A DNA stretch of 63,725 nt, taken from the NCBI RefSeq assembly GCF_001194135.2, contig NC_068986.1, positions 68,354,667 to 68,418,391 on the forward strand, in the 5' to 3' direction. Origin of the DNA: Octopus bimaculoides. Its lineage: Eukaryota. The notes under the pieces are model-generated. The model searched no databases and was not told where the DNA came from. It saw only the letters and a list, made by a program, of their open reading frames with translations. The position numbers were made by a program, and so were the translations under genes. The number at the start of each line of letters is the position of its first letter. The stretch's first letter is position 1. Shown here piece after piece: positions 62,569 to 63,725 of the stretch.

Positions 62569-62746
62569 CTGCATGTTCATGAACAAGATAAGGCAAATCT
62601 TTGTCCTTTTCCCAAACATCTTGATCACAATTATAGACCTCAACGCTTGGTAGTACTCCTGTCCAGTTTATTCCACCCACAGCATACAGCTGATTGTTTA
62701 ATACTCCCAAATAGAAAAGACATCGGTATTCATTCATTGCTGCTAC
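62569..62746 (-). CDS. Kelch-repeat protein, internal exon (upstream exons not found in the window)
   Basis: TATTTCAG acceptor, GTAAGT donor; phase 0 to 1, compatible with the 51950 exon; LGVLNNQLYAVGG..SVEVYNCDQDVW..HEHAG. Confidence 0.92.
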
Positions 62747-63414
62747 CTGAAATAAATAGAAACAAAATTTATGATTTAATACAGTGGTCAACAATGTTCC
62801 TGCTTTGTGAGTCAAGAAAATTAAAAAGTGAAATCATGATCGTACAAGACTTTCTTAACATCACTTCTTGCAATGAAAGAATTGCGACACAAATCTATTT
62901 TCTTTTTGAACCAACAAATATTTTTGTCTTGAATTGCTTCAGTCACACTGTTCACAACACACACACACACACACACACAGCAAGCAAGACTCAAACTCAG
63001 ATGAATAGAAAAGTAGAGATGATAATCTCAAACAGTTGATTTCAATGCTATGCAACCTCTATAAATGGCAAATTACAACAAATAGAAAACTGTGCAGCAA
63101 AAGTAATATTAATAGAAACTTATGAATTATGAATTTCTGCCCTCATTTAAAGAATGATGTGCCAGATTTTGAGATTAAGATACTATAAATATAATGCAAA
63201 GTAGAGCAACTTGTTTTATCAACAAAATCTCTTTTAACTTTCCAACTCTTAAGTTGCAGTTGCTTTCTCTCCTTTCTCAGCATATTCTAAACTGCTAGCA
63301 TAACCCTCATACCTGCCAAAATTTATCTATTCTACATATGTTCTACTATTCTTTATCTTTCTATATACACTGTGTGTTCAAATTTTGTACGATCTTCCCC
63401 TCACAACAATCATC

Positions 63415-63705
63415 AGCATCGTTTAACGTCCGCCTTCCATGCTAGCATGGGTTGGACGATTTGACTGAGGACTGGTGAAACCGGATGGCAACACCAGGCT
63501 CCAATCTAATTTGGCAGAGTTTCTACAGCTGGATGCCCTTCCTAACGCCAACCACTCAGAGAGTGTAGTGGGTGCTTTTATGTGTCACCCGCATGAAAAC
63601 GGCCACGCTCGAAATGGTGTCTTTTATGTGCCAACCGCACAAGAGCCAGTCCAGGGGCACTGGCAACGATCTCGCTCGAAAACCCTACAAGGCCAGTCAG
63701 GCGGT
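63415..63705 (-). mobile_element. RTE-tailed repeat (family C)
   Basis: Near-identical to 21539-21860. Confidence 0.75.
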
Positions 63706-63725
63706 ATATATATATATATATATAT

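Overview
AT-rich, repeat-dense animal genomic DNA with many assembly gaps. The SINE, RTE and microsatellite content looks like an octopus genome; this is an inference and was not checked against a database. Two spliced protein-coding genes converge, and both are incomplete at their 5' ends. (1) On the + strand, three phase-compatible exons (28928-29015, 29843-30027, 31402-31481) encode an unrecognised Cys-containing ectodomain, an S/T-rich stalk and a GPI-signal-like hydrophobic C-terminus. (2) On the - strand lie the last three coding exons of a kelch-repeat protein (62746-62569, 51950-51736, 50645-50370). The rest is mostly mobile-element debris: Tc1, mariner and maT-like remnants (one full-length dead mariner), Buster-type hAT elements with 8-bp TSDs, RTE and R4/Dong-like LINE 3' ends, several SINE families and Penelope-like relics. 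The most notable signals are an apparently intact minimal type I hammerhead ribozyme (32023-32094, - strand) in a Penelope-like pseudo-LTR just downstream of gene 1, with decayed hammerhead relatives elsewhere; a frameshifted lipocalin-like exon; an LTR-like insert fused in frame to a Tc1 N-terminus; and a recurring tail-to-tail convergence of retroelements on shared trinucleotide microsatellites. All family assignments come from motif recognition by eye, and repeat boundaries without a stated TIR or TSD are approximate.
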